Positions 43,984-53,970 of a stretch of DNA of 64,000 nt are shown here, piece after piece. The stretch is from a virus. The position numbers and the translations under genes are program-made. The notes under the pieces are model-generated. The model ran no database searches, was not told where the DNA came from, and was given only the letters and a program-made list of their open reading frames with translations. Each line of letters begins with the position of its first letter. The stretch's first letter is position 1. The stretch spans positions 1,978-65,977 of the IMG/VR virus record IMGVR_UViG_2599185311_000001, one strand, 5' to 3'.

Positions 43984-46900
43984 CAGCCATATCTCCGATT
44001 ATTGGGATCAAGAAGACCGTTCTGACCCTTTTCCTGAATGATCACCGCTCGGGCGATCTTCGGCATTTCCGAGCGCGCGGTAGCCAGCAGCGCCAGGCCC
44101 ATCTGCTCGTAACCCTCCGGCGAATTGACGGTGCCACCAGAGCCGTCACCGCTGATGTGCAAATGGATCTCCGGCGCACCTGCTGCCCCGCTGGCGCTGA
44201 TTGTTGGAGCAGTGAACGCCGGGCGAGCCCCGCTGGGCCAACAAAACCACCGCTGGCATAGCCTGGCTTGCCGGTCCGGTTTAGCCCAATCAGGTAGTCC
44301 TTCATACCTGGCTGATCCACGACTTCCTTGCGAATCACCACCTCGCCACCGTGCACCACACCTTTCGGCTCGAACTTACCGCCTGGGCCGGTGTAGCCGC
44401 CCCCGGAAAACCCGGCCAGGGCCATGCCGGCGACCATGCCGGCATTGGCGTACCCAGCAGCGAGCAATGCAGCGCCTACCGGGATGCCGCCGAGAATGGT
44501 CAGTTCGGCGGGCGCCTTGGCTGCCGCGATCTGCGCGTTCATGATGATCGAGGCGACAGCGAAGGCTTTCTGAGCGACAAACAGCGCCTTATAGGCGCCC
44601 GACTGCTCGCCGGCGATCTTCCCGACCATGTCTGCGGCTTGGCCCGATAGCTCACTGAAGGTGCCCATCACCGCGACTTTATAGGCGCCCTGGATATCCG
44701 ACAGCCGTGCCTGGTTCGTCTGGTTGATTTCCACCACGCGATCCAGGTACTGCTGCTCGGCCGCCAGCTTCTGCTCGTTGGTGCTCTTCTGGTCTGCCAG
44801 GATCTGGTCGCGAAGGTCAGCCTGCATGGAGAGCTGCTTGTCGTGCCACTTCTTCAGCGCGGCTTCTGCCTCGGCGATCTTCACCAGTTCCCCAGATGGA
44901 CCGCCCACCGAGGAGTCGATGCCGGAGAATTCCGGCGCCTCGGTGACCGTGGCCTTGGAGATTGCATCAGCGCCAGCACGATAGTCATCCGAGCTCAGCT
45001 TCCCGGCACGGTTGGCTGTCTCTAGGACCTTCATCCGCTCCCTGGTGGTTGCCAGCAGCGACTCTTCCTTGGTTTGCAGGCCAGCCATCAGCCCGTCGTA
45101 GGCCTTCCTGGCGTTGAGTGCGTCCAGCTCAATCGCCTTACCCTCAAGGCGTGTTTTGTTCACCTGGCTGAGTTTCGCCAGCTCGCCGTTGGCCAAGTCG
45201 TAGCGCAGACGCCCGAGTTCCGTCGTCTCATCAAAGAGCGCGACCTGCTGGGTCAGGTTGGATAAGGTTTGCTTATAGGCGTTGTTGAGCTGCTCGGCCT
45301 GGCGCTGGATGTCCTCAGCTGCCTTTTTTGCCTTCTGCTGTGCCTCTTCGGAAGCTTTTGCGGCCGCTTCAGACCCTTTGATCGCGCCCGCCAGGATACG
45401 CCAGCCTTCAGCAGTAGATGGGTCGACGCCTTCGCGCTCGATACGACGATTGACCTCACCGACCAAATCCCCACCATCGCGCACGGAGTTGAGCCGCTCG
45501 ACGAGGGTTTTCGAATAGCTTGTCCAGCCATCAATGGTTTTCTGGTCCGGGCCTTTGATCGTTTTGAGCCCAGCGCCTGCCGCCCCAGCCGCAACAGCCA
45601 CGTCCTGCAGACGAGCCTGGAGCATGCTGGCGACATCACCATAATCACCGGAAGCCTTGATCGCTTCGCCGTACGCAGCCGACGAGGCGTTGATGGCTTT
45701 CGTCATCTCCTCGTTCGGGCCGATCGCGGCAATCAGCTCCTGGCTTGCGGAGTCGATGCTCTGTCCGCTGGCGACACGGCGGTTAAAGTCAGTGACGGCC
45801 CGATCCCGCTGGAAGGGATTCGCCGTGAACGTGTCTCCCCACTTATCGTTCGCCTGGGCAGACGCGCGGATGTCCCGAAGCGCCTTTTGTGCAGCGACCT
45901 GGGCGTCGGCCTGCTGCTGGATAACTCCGTCGAGCTTATAGCGCGCCTGCTCTGCACCCAGTTTGGCGAACTCTTTGCGCAGCTCCTCGACTGGGCGCTT
46001 CAAGTCGACAGTCGCCTGGCGGGCCTTATCGCTATTGTCGCTGAACAGGAGGTAGCTGGCAGCAACCGCGCCAGCAGTTACCGCTAGCCCGACTGGCCCG
46101 CCCAGCACACCCAGAAGCGCCGACCCGGCGCGACCGGCCAACGATGTTGCAGCCGTTTGAGCAGCTTGTGCGGCGGTCTGCGCTGCTGTCGCCTGGGCGT
46201 CCGCAAGCCTAGCCAGGCGCAAGCGACTCAGCGCGGCAGCATGAGCATCGGTGAACCTCGTAGCAGCAACTTGTGACTCGGCGGCTGCAACTTCGGCAGC
46301 CGCACGGCGCACGGCCACTGTTGTAGCGTCAAGCTGCGCGGTGGTGCGTCCGATTTCGGCGGATCGCGCCTCTCTCAGTACGACTACCTGGTCCTTTAAC
46401 CACTTGAGTGCATCGCCTCCCTTTAGGCCAGCATATGCTGCGCCTGCTGTAAGCGCAGAGGCGGCGAGCGCGTCCATGTTTTTCGCTACAAACTCGATTG
46501 CCCCTGAGAGCACTCCTGCACTGCCCGTCGCCGCATCAGCACCGCCGATCCAGGCCTGGAAAGCGTTTGTGAGCGAGGTCGTCGACCTGCTCACCGATGG
46601 CGGCATTGCGTTGAACTCCTTGTTCAACACACCCAGTTGGCTAATGAGTGCTGGGACAAGTTTGTCTATCGTAATAAGCCCGTCATCTGCCATGGCCTTG
46701 AGATCTTTGCGAGCAACACCCATTCCCGCAGCAAGGGCTCGCAGAACACGGTCACCGCTATCGGCGATGGAATTGAATTCCTCACCCCGGAGCACTCCTT
46801 GAGCAAGCGCTTGAGAGAACTGTGTGATGGCTGCGGAAGCGCCCTCCGAACTGGCACCGGATACCTGCAACCCGAGAGACAGGGCCTCTGTCACGCCAAG

Positions 46901-47356
46901 CACGTCAGATGTGGAATACCCAAACTCACGCATTGAGGAAGCGGAGCGGCTGAAAAGCCCAGCGTTATCGGAAAAGGAAGTCCCTGTCCGCTGACTCAGC
47001 TCGAACAACGACTTTTGACTGACCGCGAAATCCTCAGTGCTGGTGGTAGCTTGTTTGAGTCTGGCGTTGACTTGATTCCAGGCATCAGCCTGATGAATAA
47101 CGTTGCCGACGGCCAAGGCCCCAGCCATAGCTGCCGCGTAGCTTCCCACCGTCGACGTTAGAGCTTGCATGGCGGAGCCCTGCGCCTTTACAGCGGCTTC
47201 CTGAGACCTCCAAGACGTGGTGGCATCGCGGTTGCCAGAAGTAATGGTGCGCAGGTAGTTCTGCCCCATTCGGCCAGCCCTGGCCATCTCTCGCTGATAG
47301 GCGCTTGTCTCCGCTGAAACACTGACAATGAGGGATCGAAGCGTTTGACCTGCCAT
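43983..47356 (-). CDS. Lambda-type tape measure protein with apparent 1-bp frameshift near the 3' end
   Basis: TMP motifs (QFSQALAQGVLRGEEFNS); the native-looking C-terminus APEIHLHI..QEKGQNGLL..YG* is in another frame after ~44222. Confidence 0.88.
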
Positions 47357-47399
47357 GTGTTTCTCCGGGCATTAAAAAACCCGCCGGGGCGGGTTTTGG

Positions 47400-47867
47400 T
47401 TACTGCTGAATTGTTAGCTCAGGCGCTCGCCATATAGCGGATGACCGGTCGTAGGTCATCGTGGCTCTGTAATAGGCCCTGATCTTCGCACCGAATCCAT
47501 TTTGCGAATCGACGTAGGCAGAGACGTAAAATGTGCATTGATGGTCCGGAACGGACACGACATCAGTACCGTTCAGATATGGAAACTCGGCTGACCCCGG
47601 CGACTTTAACTGCTGCTTGACGAAATTTTGGGACATCACGTAGGCCATTGTGGCGTCATCGCACTCCCTCTGCGCTCCCTCCACTTCCCTGGCGGGGTTG
47701 CCGGCCCATGATAGATAGGCCCACCACATGAAACCAATTACGACCGCGCCAATCCCGAGGGTCCAGCGAAGCAAACGCTCAGATCCGCGAGTTTTCGCGA
47801 ACTCCCTGCACAGTCCAACAACGAACACGACGACCAACGCCGTCACAATCCATAAAATCAGTTTCAC
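47400..47867 (-). CDS. Membrane-anchored moron between tail chaperone and tape measure (superinfection-exclusion candidate)
   Basis: GGAGG RBS and GTG start; two N-terminal TM segments; LKSP.SAEF..YVDSQNGFGA domain; own terminator at 47373-47398. Confidence 0.75.
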   Translation of the reverse strand: MKLILWIVTALVVVFVVGLCREFAKTRGSERLLRWTLGIGAVVIGFMWWAYLSWAGNPAREVEGAQRECDDATMAYVMSQNFVKQQLKSPGSAEFPYLNGTDVVSVPDHQCTFYVSAYVDSQNGFGAKIRAYYRATMTYDRSSAIWRAPELTIQQ

Positions 47868-47928
47868 CGACCACCTCCTTTTTGATCGATGACTTTATCA
47901 TTCGAAGCTGCCCCCCAGAGAGATGGAT

Positions 47929-48270
47929 CTAACCTTCACCAGCCTTGACCATCAAGAAGGCCTTGAACATCTCAGCGCCCTCCTCGGCCTGGGTGATCTC
48001 ATCGACGACCAGCGCCGGCTCATCCTTCCACTTCGGCAGTAGATCCACCGCCGATACCTTGGCTCCTTGGGCCTGGAACACGGACGCGGCGATAATTGAA
48101 GCCTGGATGTCGCCCCGAGTGTCACTGAGTGGTGACTCCTGATTGTATGCCATCCACAGGAACAGCTCTTCAGCACTCATGCTTTGCCGGAGATCCCGGA
48201 GGGTCATGCCCAGCCGGAGGGCCAGAGTCAGCATGAAAGCCAACTCCGGCTCCTCCTTTAGTCGTTTCCC
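47929..48270 (-). CDS. gpT-like -1 frameshift extension of the tail chaperone
   Basis: G GGA AAC slippery heptamer at 48264-48270; the -1 frame reads KRLKEEPELAFMLTLALRLG. Confidence 0.8.
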   Translation of the reverse strand, partial: GKRLKEEPELAFMLTLALRLGMTLRDLRQSMSAEELFLWMAYNQESPLSDTRGDIQASIIAASVFQAQGAKVSAVDLLPKWKDEPALVVDEITQAEEGAEMFKAFLMVKAGEG

Positions 48271-48731
48271 GCTGCGTCCACCGGGTCATCCGCGCCAGCC
48301 CCAGCGGCAACGCCGCTCAACTCGAACACCTTCCCAACCAGACGGTCATGGACTGGGCTGAAGGCCTCGGCAACCGCCGGCACGTCATCGTCGGAAAACA
48401 CGCGGGCGTTGCTCTCATCCAGCAGCGAGCGCACCAGGACGAATGCGTAGAGCGGCGAGGATCTGATCTCTACTCGGGACTCTGCCGTGACGCCCTCGTC
48501 GTCCTGATCTTCCGGAGACTGAGCGGGCAGACCCGCCTCCAGGCGGGCCTCTGCAACGGCCTGCGCGGCGCGACGGCGGTATTCCACCCAATCCCCCGCG
48601 CTCAACGCCCGAACGACAACCTGCGCGCCGTCCCATTCGTCAATGGTCAGTCGTTCGTGCTTGAAATTGCGCATGGGGTCCAGCGCCATGGCGCGCAGAT
48701 CCGCGCCGGCGCCAATCTTTGTGCGGGCCAT
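48258..48731 (-). CDS. Tail assembly chaperone G
   Basis: After the major tail gene; VVVRALSAGD motif. Confidence 0.85.
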   Translation of the reverse strand: MARTKIGAGADLRAMALDPMRNFKHERLTIDEWDGAQVVVRALSAGDWVEYRRRAAQAVAEARLEAGLPAQSPEDQDDEGVTAESRVEIRSSPLYAFVLVRSLLDESNARVFSDDDVPAVAEAFSPVHDRLVGKVFELSGVAAGAGADDPVDAAGND

Positions 48732-49198
48732 TACGGCACCACCGGAACGTCGAAGGACACGGCGCCGGTGATCCGGACGTTGAACGTACCGTTAACGGTG
48801 CCATTCGGCGCAGCATCCCAGGTGAACTGGGTGACCAGACCGAGGAAGCTCGAGGACGACCCGTCCTTGAACACCGTCTTGAAGGCTCGTGGCTCACCGT
48901 CATCACGAGCGGTGCGCAGAACGGTCTGGGCCTCGTCGTCAGCTTTCCAGTTTCCGGACATGCTGAAGGTGCCATTGTCCGCCAGGCCCACGGTAAACTC
49001 TTTGGCCTCGCTGGCCAGCACCGTTACCTCGATCTCATCCGACTGGCCGCCCTGGAACTGGGGCTGTTTGATCGTCACCGAGAGGTCCGCCCAGGTGTTG
49101 GCCGGGTCAGTTGGGTCCAGGGTGGTGAGTTTGGAAACGCTGAGAGCGGTGCCCTGCGTTTTGACGAACTTCGCTTTCGTTGGGGTTTGAACGGCCAT
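48731..49198 (-). CDS. Major tail tube protein
   Basis: GGQSDEIEVT..GLADNG..FNVRITG. Confidence 0.9.
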   Translation of the reverse strand: MAVQTPTKAKFVKTQGTALSVSKLTTLDPTDPANTWADLSVTIKQPQFQGGQSDEIEVTVLASEAKEFTVGLADNGTFSMSGNWKADDEAQTVLRTARDDGEPRAFKTVFKDGSSSSFLGLVTQFTWDAAPNGTVNGTFNVRITGAVSFDVPVVP

Positions 49199-49206
49199 GT
49201 GGCCTC

Positions 49207-49554
49207 CTATGGTTGCAGGGTGTATTCCCAGCTCACGCTGTGAAGTTTGGTGTCGCTTTCAAATGAGTCAGGCAGCCGGTCCGCAGCGCCAACCGTGAAG
49301 TCTTCACCGTCGGTGGTCATGACGGTGAACGCCTCGTCCGCCAGCGTCAGCGCCTGGAGAAAGCTCTCTCCCCACGCGTCGATCTGGATGGTCAGGTCAC
49401 TGGAGCCATCCCATCCGGCAAGCGTGAAACCGGTGATGCTGCTGACGGTTTGGATGACCAGGCGGGGCTGTTCGGCGCCCTCAGGGGCAACGCCGAAGTA
49501 CACGCGCCCGTCGACCAGAGGCGTCAGCCTGTCGATGAGAGATTTCTCGATCAT
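49207..49554 (-). CDS. Tail terminator (DUF3168-like)
   Basis: GRVYFGVAP..QIDAW. Confidence 0.85.
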   Translation of the reverse strand: MIEKSLIDRLTPLVDGRVYFGVAPEGAEQPRLVIQTVSSITGFTLAGWDGSSDLTIQIDAWGESFLQALTLADEAFTVMTTDGEDFTVGAADRLPDSFESDTKLHSVSWEYTLQP

Positions 49555-49559
49555 GGGTT

Positions 49560-50030
49560 TTACCGGGTGATGGCGGCGTCGATGCCTTCGGCCAGCTTCT
49601 CCGCGACGGCCTTCTCGATCTGAGGCAAGCTGCCGTCCCAGGCCGGGCGGATGAACGGGTGGCCCCGCATCTGTGACGTGCCCAGCTCCAGAAATTTCCA
49701 GTAGAAAGGCGCGTCGTAGTCGGCGCTGGAGGATCGGCCTTTCTTACCTTGGCGCTTGAGAGCCTTGGACTGCTTGCCCGCGGGCTTTTTAACGCGGATC
49801 CCCGCCGTTGCACCGCCAGGGGTGTCGGATTGGTTGAGGCGCACAGCGATGATGTTCTTCTTCAGCTTGCCCGTGCGCACCGGAACCTTGCTCTTCGCTT
49901 CATCCCTGGCGATACGCGCCCCGGCAAGCACCGCGTCCCGAACGATCTTGTTGCCGACGGACTTCGCCAGCTTTTCGAAGTCTGACTCAAGCTCTCCAAA
50001 CCCCAGCACAGTCAATGATCCGTTGCTCAT
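49560..50030 (-). CDS. HK97 gp10-like tail component
   Basis: FYWKFLELGTSQM..HPFIRPA. Confidence 0.9.
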   Translation of the reverse strand: MSNGSLTVLGFGELESDFEKLAKSVGNKIVRDAVLAGARIARDEAKSKVPVRTGKLKKNIIAVRLNQSDTPGGATAGIRVKKPAGKQSKALKRQGKKGRSSSADYDAPFYWKFLELGTSQMRGHPFIRPAWDGSLPQIEKAVAEKLAEGIDAAITR

Positions 50031-50347
50031 TTGAGTTTCACCGTTTTGCACATGAGCTTCAGCATGTCCCGCTGGTTGGTTGGCAGCGGCGCAATGATTT
50101 CGTAGGCGATTCCGTCATGCACCAGGTGCTGTCCTGCAACCACATCCTTGCGGTAGCGAATGTTGATTTCAGCACTGACCGTGACCTGCATCTGTGATGC
50201 CGCCTCATACATTCGCCCGGAAGGAATGTTGATTTCCGCCCAGAGTTTGCCGAGGTCACTCCATACCTTGGTCGGCTGTCCCAGCGCGTCCTTGCCCTCG
50301 ATATAGCCACGGCGCATGCAGCGATGACGCATAGGACCGGCTCTCAT
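50027..50347 (-). CDS. Head closure/head-tail adaptor
   Basis: MRAGPMRHR..WAEI..IRYR. Confidence 0.88.
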   Translation of the reverse strand: MRAGPMRHRCMRRGYIEGKDALGQPTKVWSDLGKLWAEINIPSGRMYEAASQMQVTVSAEINIRYRKDVVAGQHLVHDGIAYEIIAPLPTNQRDMLKLMCKTVKLK

Positions 50348-50646
50348 CAGTAGCGCTTCCTGTACATGAGCAGCCGCTCAACAGCCAGCGGCACAGTGGT
50401 TGAGATTGACCCCAGCGCCACGCCTTCGCGGTTGGCAAACCAGTGGCCCACCAGCAGCAGGATGGCCTGTTCAACATCCGGTGTAAGCCCCATTTGCTCG
50501 GGCTCCACCGGCATGCCTTCTACCAGTTCTCGGTCGCAGTGCATGGCCACGTGGGACTTGGCCGCCTCAATGTAGCCGCCGATGAGGGAGTCCTCTTCAT
50601 CGTCGTCCACTCGAAGGTGCAGCTTCACCCGCGCCAGGTCGATCAT
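50347..50646 (-). CDS. Head-tail connector (HK97 gp6-like)
   Basis: VKLHLRVD..ED.LI..QAILLLVGHWFANRE. Confidence 0.92.
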   Translation of the reverse strand: MIDLARVKLHLRVDDDEEDSLIGGYIEAAKSHVAMHCDRELVEGMPVEPEQMGLTPDVEQAILLLVGHWFANREGVALGSISTTVPLAVERLLMYRKRY

Positions 50647-50864
50647 TATTTATTCTCTTTCGGGGCCGTGGACTTGGATTGCTTGGGCGCGGACACCTTC
50701 GCCTTGCCGTCATCGCCCACTTCCTCGGCCAGACCCTTGCCGATCAGGGTGTGGGCATATTCCTCGTCGACACCTTCGAACACCTGGCCGGCCTTCACCG
50801 ATGACGAGTCGGCGCCCAATAGAGCGGCGCTGCCTACAAAACCCCACAATGCTTTGATTTTCAT
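50646..50864 (-). CDS. Small head-associated protein with basic tail
   Basis: 72 aa after the capsid gene; ends APKENK. Confidence 0.7.
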   Translation of the reverse strand: MKIKALWGFVGSAALLGADSSSVKAGQVFEGVDEEYAHTLIGKGLAEEVGDDGKAKVSAPKQSKSTAPKENK

Positions 50865-50921
50865 GTTGCCTCCTGAAAAGAAAATGGCCGGCACACGGCC
50901 GGCCATTGCAAGGTGGTGGAA

Positions 50922-52127
50922 TTACGCAGGTACAGCAAAGCGGCCTTTGACCAGGCCTTCACGGCGGCGGACGCCAAGGCCGAGACGCTCTTCCACCAGC
51001 AGCGCACGCTCGTTCTTGATGAACTGATCGTTGATCAGGCCCATCTTGAACAGGAACGACATGCGGTCGAACAGCACCGAAGAGCGTGCGAAGTTCGCCA
51101 CCAGGAACTCGCCGCCCGTGTCGGCATCACCCTCGTCGACACTGTCGGAGGTGACTACCGGCCGCCCCCAGAGGACTGGGGTTACCAGGCCTTGCAGATT
51201 CGCAAACAGGTAGCGGTTTTCGCCATCCTTCTGCAGCTCGATGTTCATCCAGTCGAGCTCGGTCATCACAATGCCGTCAGCGGACAGCATCGACTGCTTA
51301 CGCACCTGGTAGATCGCACGGCGCACGAGATCGATGGCGGTATCGCCTGCCTTCGTCAGTGTTGCGTCGTAAACGGTGGCCTGGGTCATCAGGCCGTTCA
51401 GGTTTTCGCCGGTACCGTCACCCTTCAGGATCTGGCGCTCTTCCTCGAGCTTGAGGTCGTAGCGCAGGAGCTCCTGCAGGTAGGCCATCAGTTGTGGTAC
51501 GTCGTCCAGCGCCTCGTCAGTCACGGGCATCCAGACGGCGATCTTCTTGACCCGATCGGTTTGGGTCGTGAAGGTTACGTTGCTGGTCGGCTTCAAGCCA
51601 CCTTCCGCCACTGGAGCCGCGCCGCGGGTGTGCAGGTTCTCTTTGAAAAAAGTGTACTGTTGGCCCGTTACCGGAACGGTAGTGAGCAGGTCGCGGATCC
51701 GCAGCTCTTGGCGGATACCTGGCTGGATGACCGGGTCATAGTTCGGCGCAACGATACCGGCGCTGGTGACCTTCATTTCCTTCATGCTGGCCATGTCGGA
51801 CTTGGTCACTTCGATATCGGCCAGGGAAACGCTTTTCGCCTGCAGCGATTTGTAGGCATCGTCGTTTTTGACCAGGTCGATAAAGCTCTTGGCCTCGCCC
51901 GGCTGGCTGCGCAGCTTGATGCCCTTTTCTTCCAGCTTCTGGACCTGCTCAATGACGCGCTCGATCTCGCCTTTCTGGTTTTCGATCTGCGTTTTCATCT
52001 CGCTGGTGACGGTGTTGCCCTTCTGCAGCTCATCGGCGACAGCGTCGTACTTTTTCTGCAAACCAGCGAAACCTTCCTTCAGCTGGGTTTCGAGCGTGGA
52101 TTTTACTTCTTGGATTGGATCGGTCAT
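50922..52127 (-). CDS. Major capsid protein (HK97 fold)
   Basis: N-terminal coiled-coil delta domain; AAPVAEGGLKP, ILKGDGTGENLNG. Confidence 0.95.
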   Translation of the reverse strand: MTDPIQEVKSTLETQLKEGFAGLQKKYDAVADELQKGNTVTSEMKTQIENQKGEIERVIEQVQKLEEKGIKLRSQPGEAKSFIDLVKNDDAYKSLQAKSVSLADIEVTKSDMASMKEMKVTSAGIVAPNYDPVIQPGIRQELRIRDLLTTVPVTGQQYTFFKENLHTRGAAPVAEGGLKPTSNVTFTTQTDRVKKIAVWMPVTDEALDDVPQLMAYLQELLRYDLKLEEERQILKGDGTGENLNGLMTQATVYDATLTKAGDTAIDLVRRAIYQVRKQSMLSADGIVMTELDWMNIELQKDGENRYLFANLQGLVTPVLWGRPVVTSDSVDEGDADTGGEFLVANFARSSVLFDRMSFLFKMGLINDQFIKNERALLVEERLGLGVRRREGLVKGRFAVPA

Positions 52128-52765
52128 GGCGACACCTTAAAAAAATTGTCAAAAGTGGTGGAGAGTGATTTCAGCCCTTCCACGATCGCCGTGGCCTCGC
52201 TGCCGCCGTCACGGCGTAGCGCGGGATAGCCGAGTGAGGCGACTGCTGCCGCCTCTTTCTGAGAAAGCCCCATGCGCTCGCGCAGGGCGTTCTCGAAAAG
52301 TCGTATATCGGATTTAACTGTCAGGATCTGAGCCTCGGGGTTCATGCCGAAAGGCACAAACGACGCTTCCCACAGCTCAGCCTCCTTGATGATCCGGACC
52401 CGCCGGCCGGCGCGCTCCTCGAAGTCGGCCTTGATGGTGTTGAAACCGATCGACATGCTGTCGAGGATCTCGGCCTTCATTAATTCGTATGCGTCGCGGG
52501 CATAGCTCACCGCTAAATTCACACGCCCCTTCAAGAACAGCCCGTGGTCGTCTTGGGTGTAATCAGCAGAACCAACCAACCGGGTGAGGTCGTGGTATAG
52601 GGCGAGCTTCAATTTGCCACCCCGGGTTGCCTTCACTCGGGTGAACGCGCCAGGCAGAATTACGTCGTCGCCTAGGTCGACGTTGTTGAACACGGCGGCG
52701 TAGCCTTCGAAGTTACCGGCCTCGTCCACCGATTTGAGTTCAAACGGGACTTCAAGCTTTGACAT
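52124..52765 (-). CDS. Prohead protease (HK97 family)
   Basis: FEGYAAVFNNVD..LYHD..SMSIGF..LWEASFV. Confidence 0.95.
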   Translation of the reverse strand: MSKLEVPFELKSVDEAGNFEGYAAVFNNVDLGDDVILPGAFTRVKATRGGKLKLALYHDLTRLVGSADYTQDDHGLFLKGRVNLAVSYARDAYELMKAEILDSMSIGFNTIKADFEERAGRRVRIIKEAELWEASFVPFGMNPEAQILTVKSDIRLFENALRERMGLSQKEAAAVASLGYPALRRDGGSEATAIVEGLKSLSTTFDNFFKVSP

Positions 52766-53963
52766 TGGTCTGCATCTCCCACCGGGTGACCCGGTCGTAT
52801 TCTTCGCCCGGCATCCGGGTTTCGTTTTCCTTCTCGCGGACCTCGTTGATCGTCAACCAACCAGAACCGCCCGAGCCTCCGAGCGCCGCCTGGTAGTAAG
52901 CCGCCCGGCCGGCGCTGTCGGCGCGCAGCAGCCCCTCCACGACGAACTCCACGAACTGGGGTTTGTCCCGGAAAAGCTTGTCGTTGATTTCGTCCTCGAT
53001 CGCGTCGAGGTAGGGTTTAAGGCCGAACGTTACGTAGCCGCTGGTTTGCTGCTCCAGGTTCGATCCCATGATCGAGGTCTTGCCAGCGCGGTTGGCCAGG
53101 TACAGGGGCACGCCGTAACAACCGGCAATGGCCTCTTCCTGGAATTGCTGGGACTCTATGAACTGGCTGTCCTTCTGACTCAGCCCTGCGGGTACGATCT
53201 TCGGACCACCTTGCAAGATCCCCATCGAGCCGATGTCGTTGATGTCGCCTTTCCGCACATCAGGGAACTTCTCCATGATCTGCGCTTGCTGAACCTTCGT
53301 CAGGAACTGGTCGTAGATGACGTAGCCGCCGGTAAAGCCGCCCTTGCGCATGAACATCGCCGACCAGTTTTGTGCGGTCTTGGCGAGCCCCATCGTTTCC
53401 GCTTGATACTCAACAGGCGACAGCCCGTTAATGCCGTCCATGCTGAACAGTTTGAAGTGCAGCATGTTCTCCGGCGATACAGGGAAGCGCTTTCCTCCTA
53501 CCGTGACCCAGTAGATCAAATCATCAGTGGTGTCGACTTGAACGTTGTCAGCGCTCACTGGGATGAAGCCGATCCAGTCCCCGTTATCGGCGCGCTCAAT
53601 GATGCTGTACGCATTCCCTCGCAGCGCCATGTTCACCACGGCACACTTTAGGAAGTTGAGCTTGGTCATGTACGGGTTTGGCTTTCTCAGAATCCTGGCC
53701 TGACGTGACTTGGGGTCAGCCAAGATGCGGCCCGCAGCGGTGTCTTCGAATATCTTGAGCGGCAAACCTGCAGCCGACTCGCTCAGGATCTTCACGCACG
53801 CCCAGACGATCGGGATTGTTATCGCCGTCTGCGCAGTAATTTTCACACCGGACTTCGTACGCTTGCCGCCGGCAACCATGTCAACCTCAACATAGTTGCC
53901 GGTGGCCGGATCGGTGTAGCCGAACATGCGCCATGACAGCGGGTTATACCAACGAGATGCCAT
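52752..53963 (-). CDS. Portal protein (HK97 family)
   Basis: VWACVKILSE..LRGNAY..GLSPV..LTINEVRE. Confidence 0.95.
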   Translation of the reverse strand: MASRWYNPLSWRMFGYTDPATGNYVEVDMVAGGKRTKSGVKITAQTAITIPIVWACVKILSESAAGLPLKIFEDTAAGRILADPKSRQARILRKPNPYMTKLNFLKCAVVNMALRGNAYSIIERADNGDWIGFIPVSADNVQVDTTDDLIYWVTVGGKRFPVSPENMLHFKLFSMDGINGLSPVEYQAETMGLAKTAQNWSAMFMRKGGFTGGYVIYDQFLTKVQQAQIMEKFPDVRKGDINDIGSMGILQGGPKIVPAGLSQKDSQFIESQQFQEEAIAGCYGVPLYLANRAGKTSIMGSNLEQQTSGYVTFGLKPYLDAIEDEINDKLFRDKPQFVEFVVEGLLRADSAGRAAYYQAALGGSGGSGWLTINEVREKENETRMPGEEYDRVTRWEMQTNVKA

Positions 53964-53970
53964 ATTCAGC

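Noticed and set aside
44042-44220. Arg-rich C-terminus of the tape measure as a novel domain
   Set aside because: It is the out-of-frame reading after the apparent 1-bp deletion.
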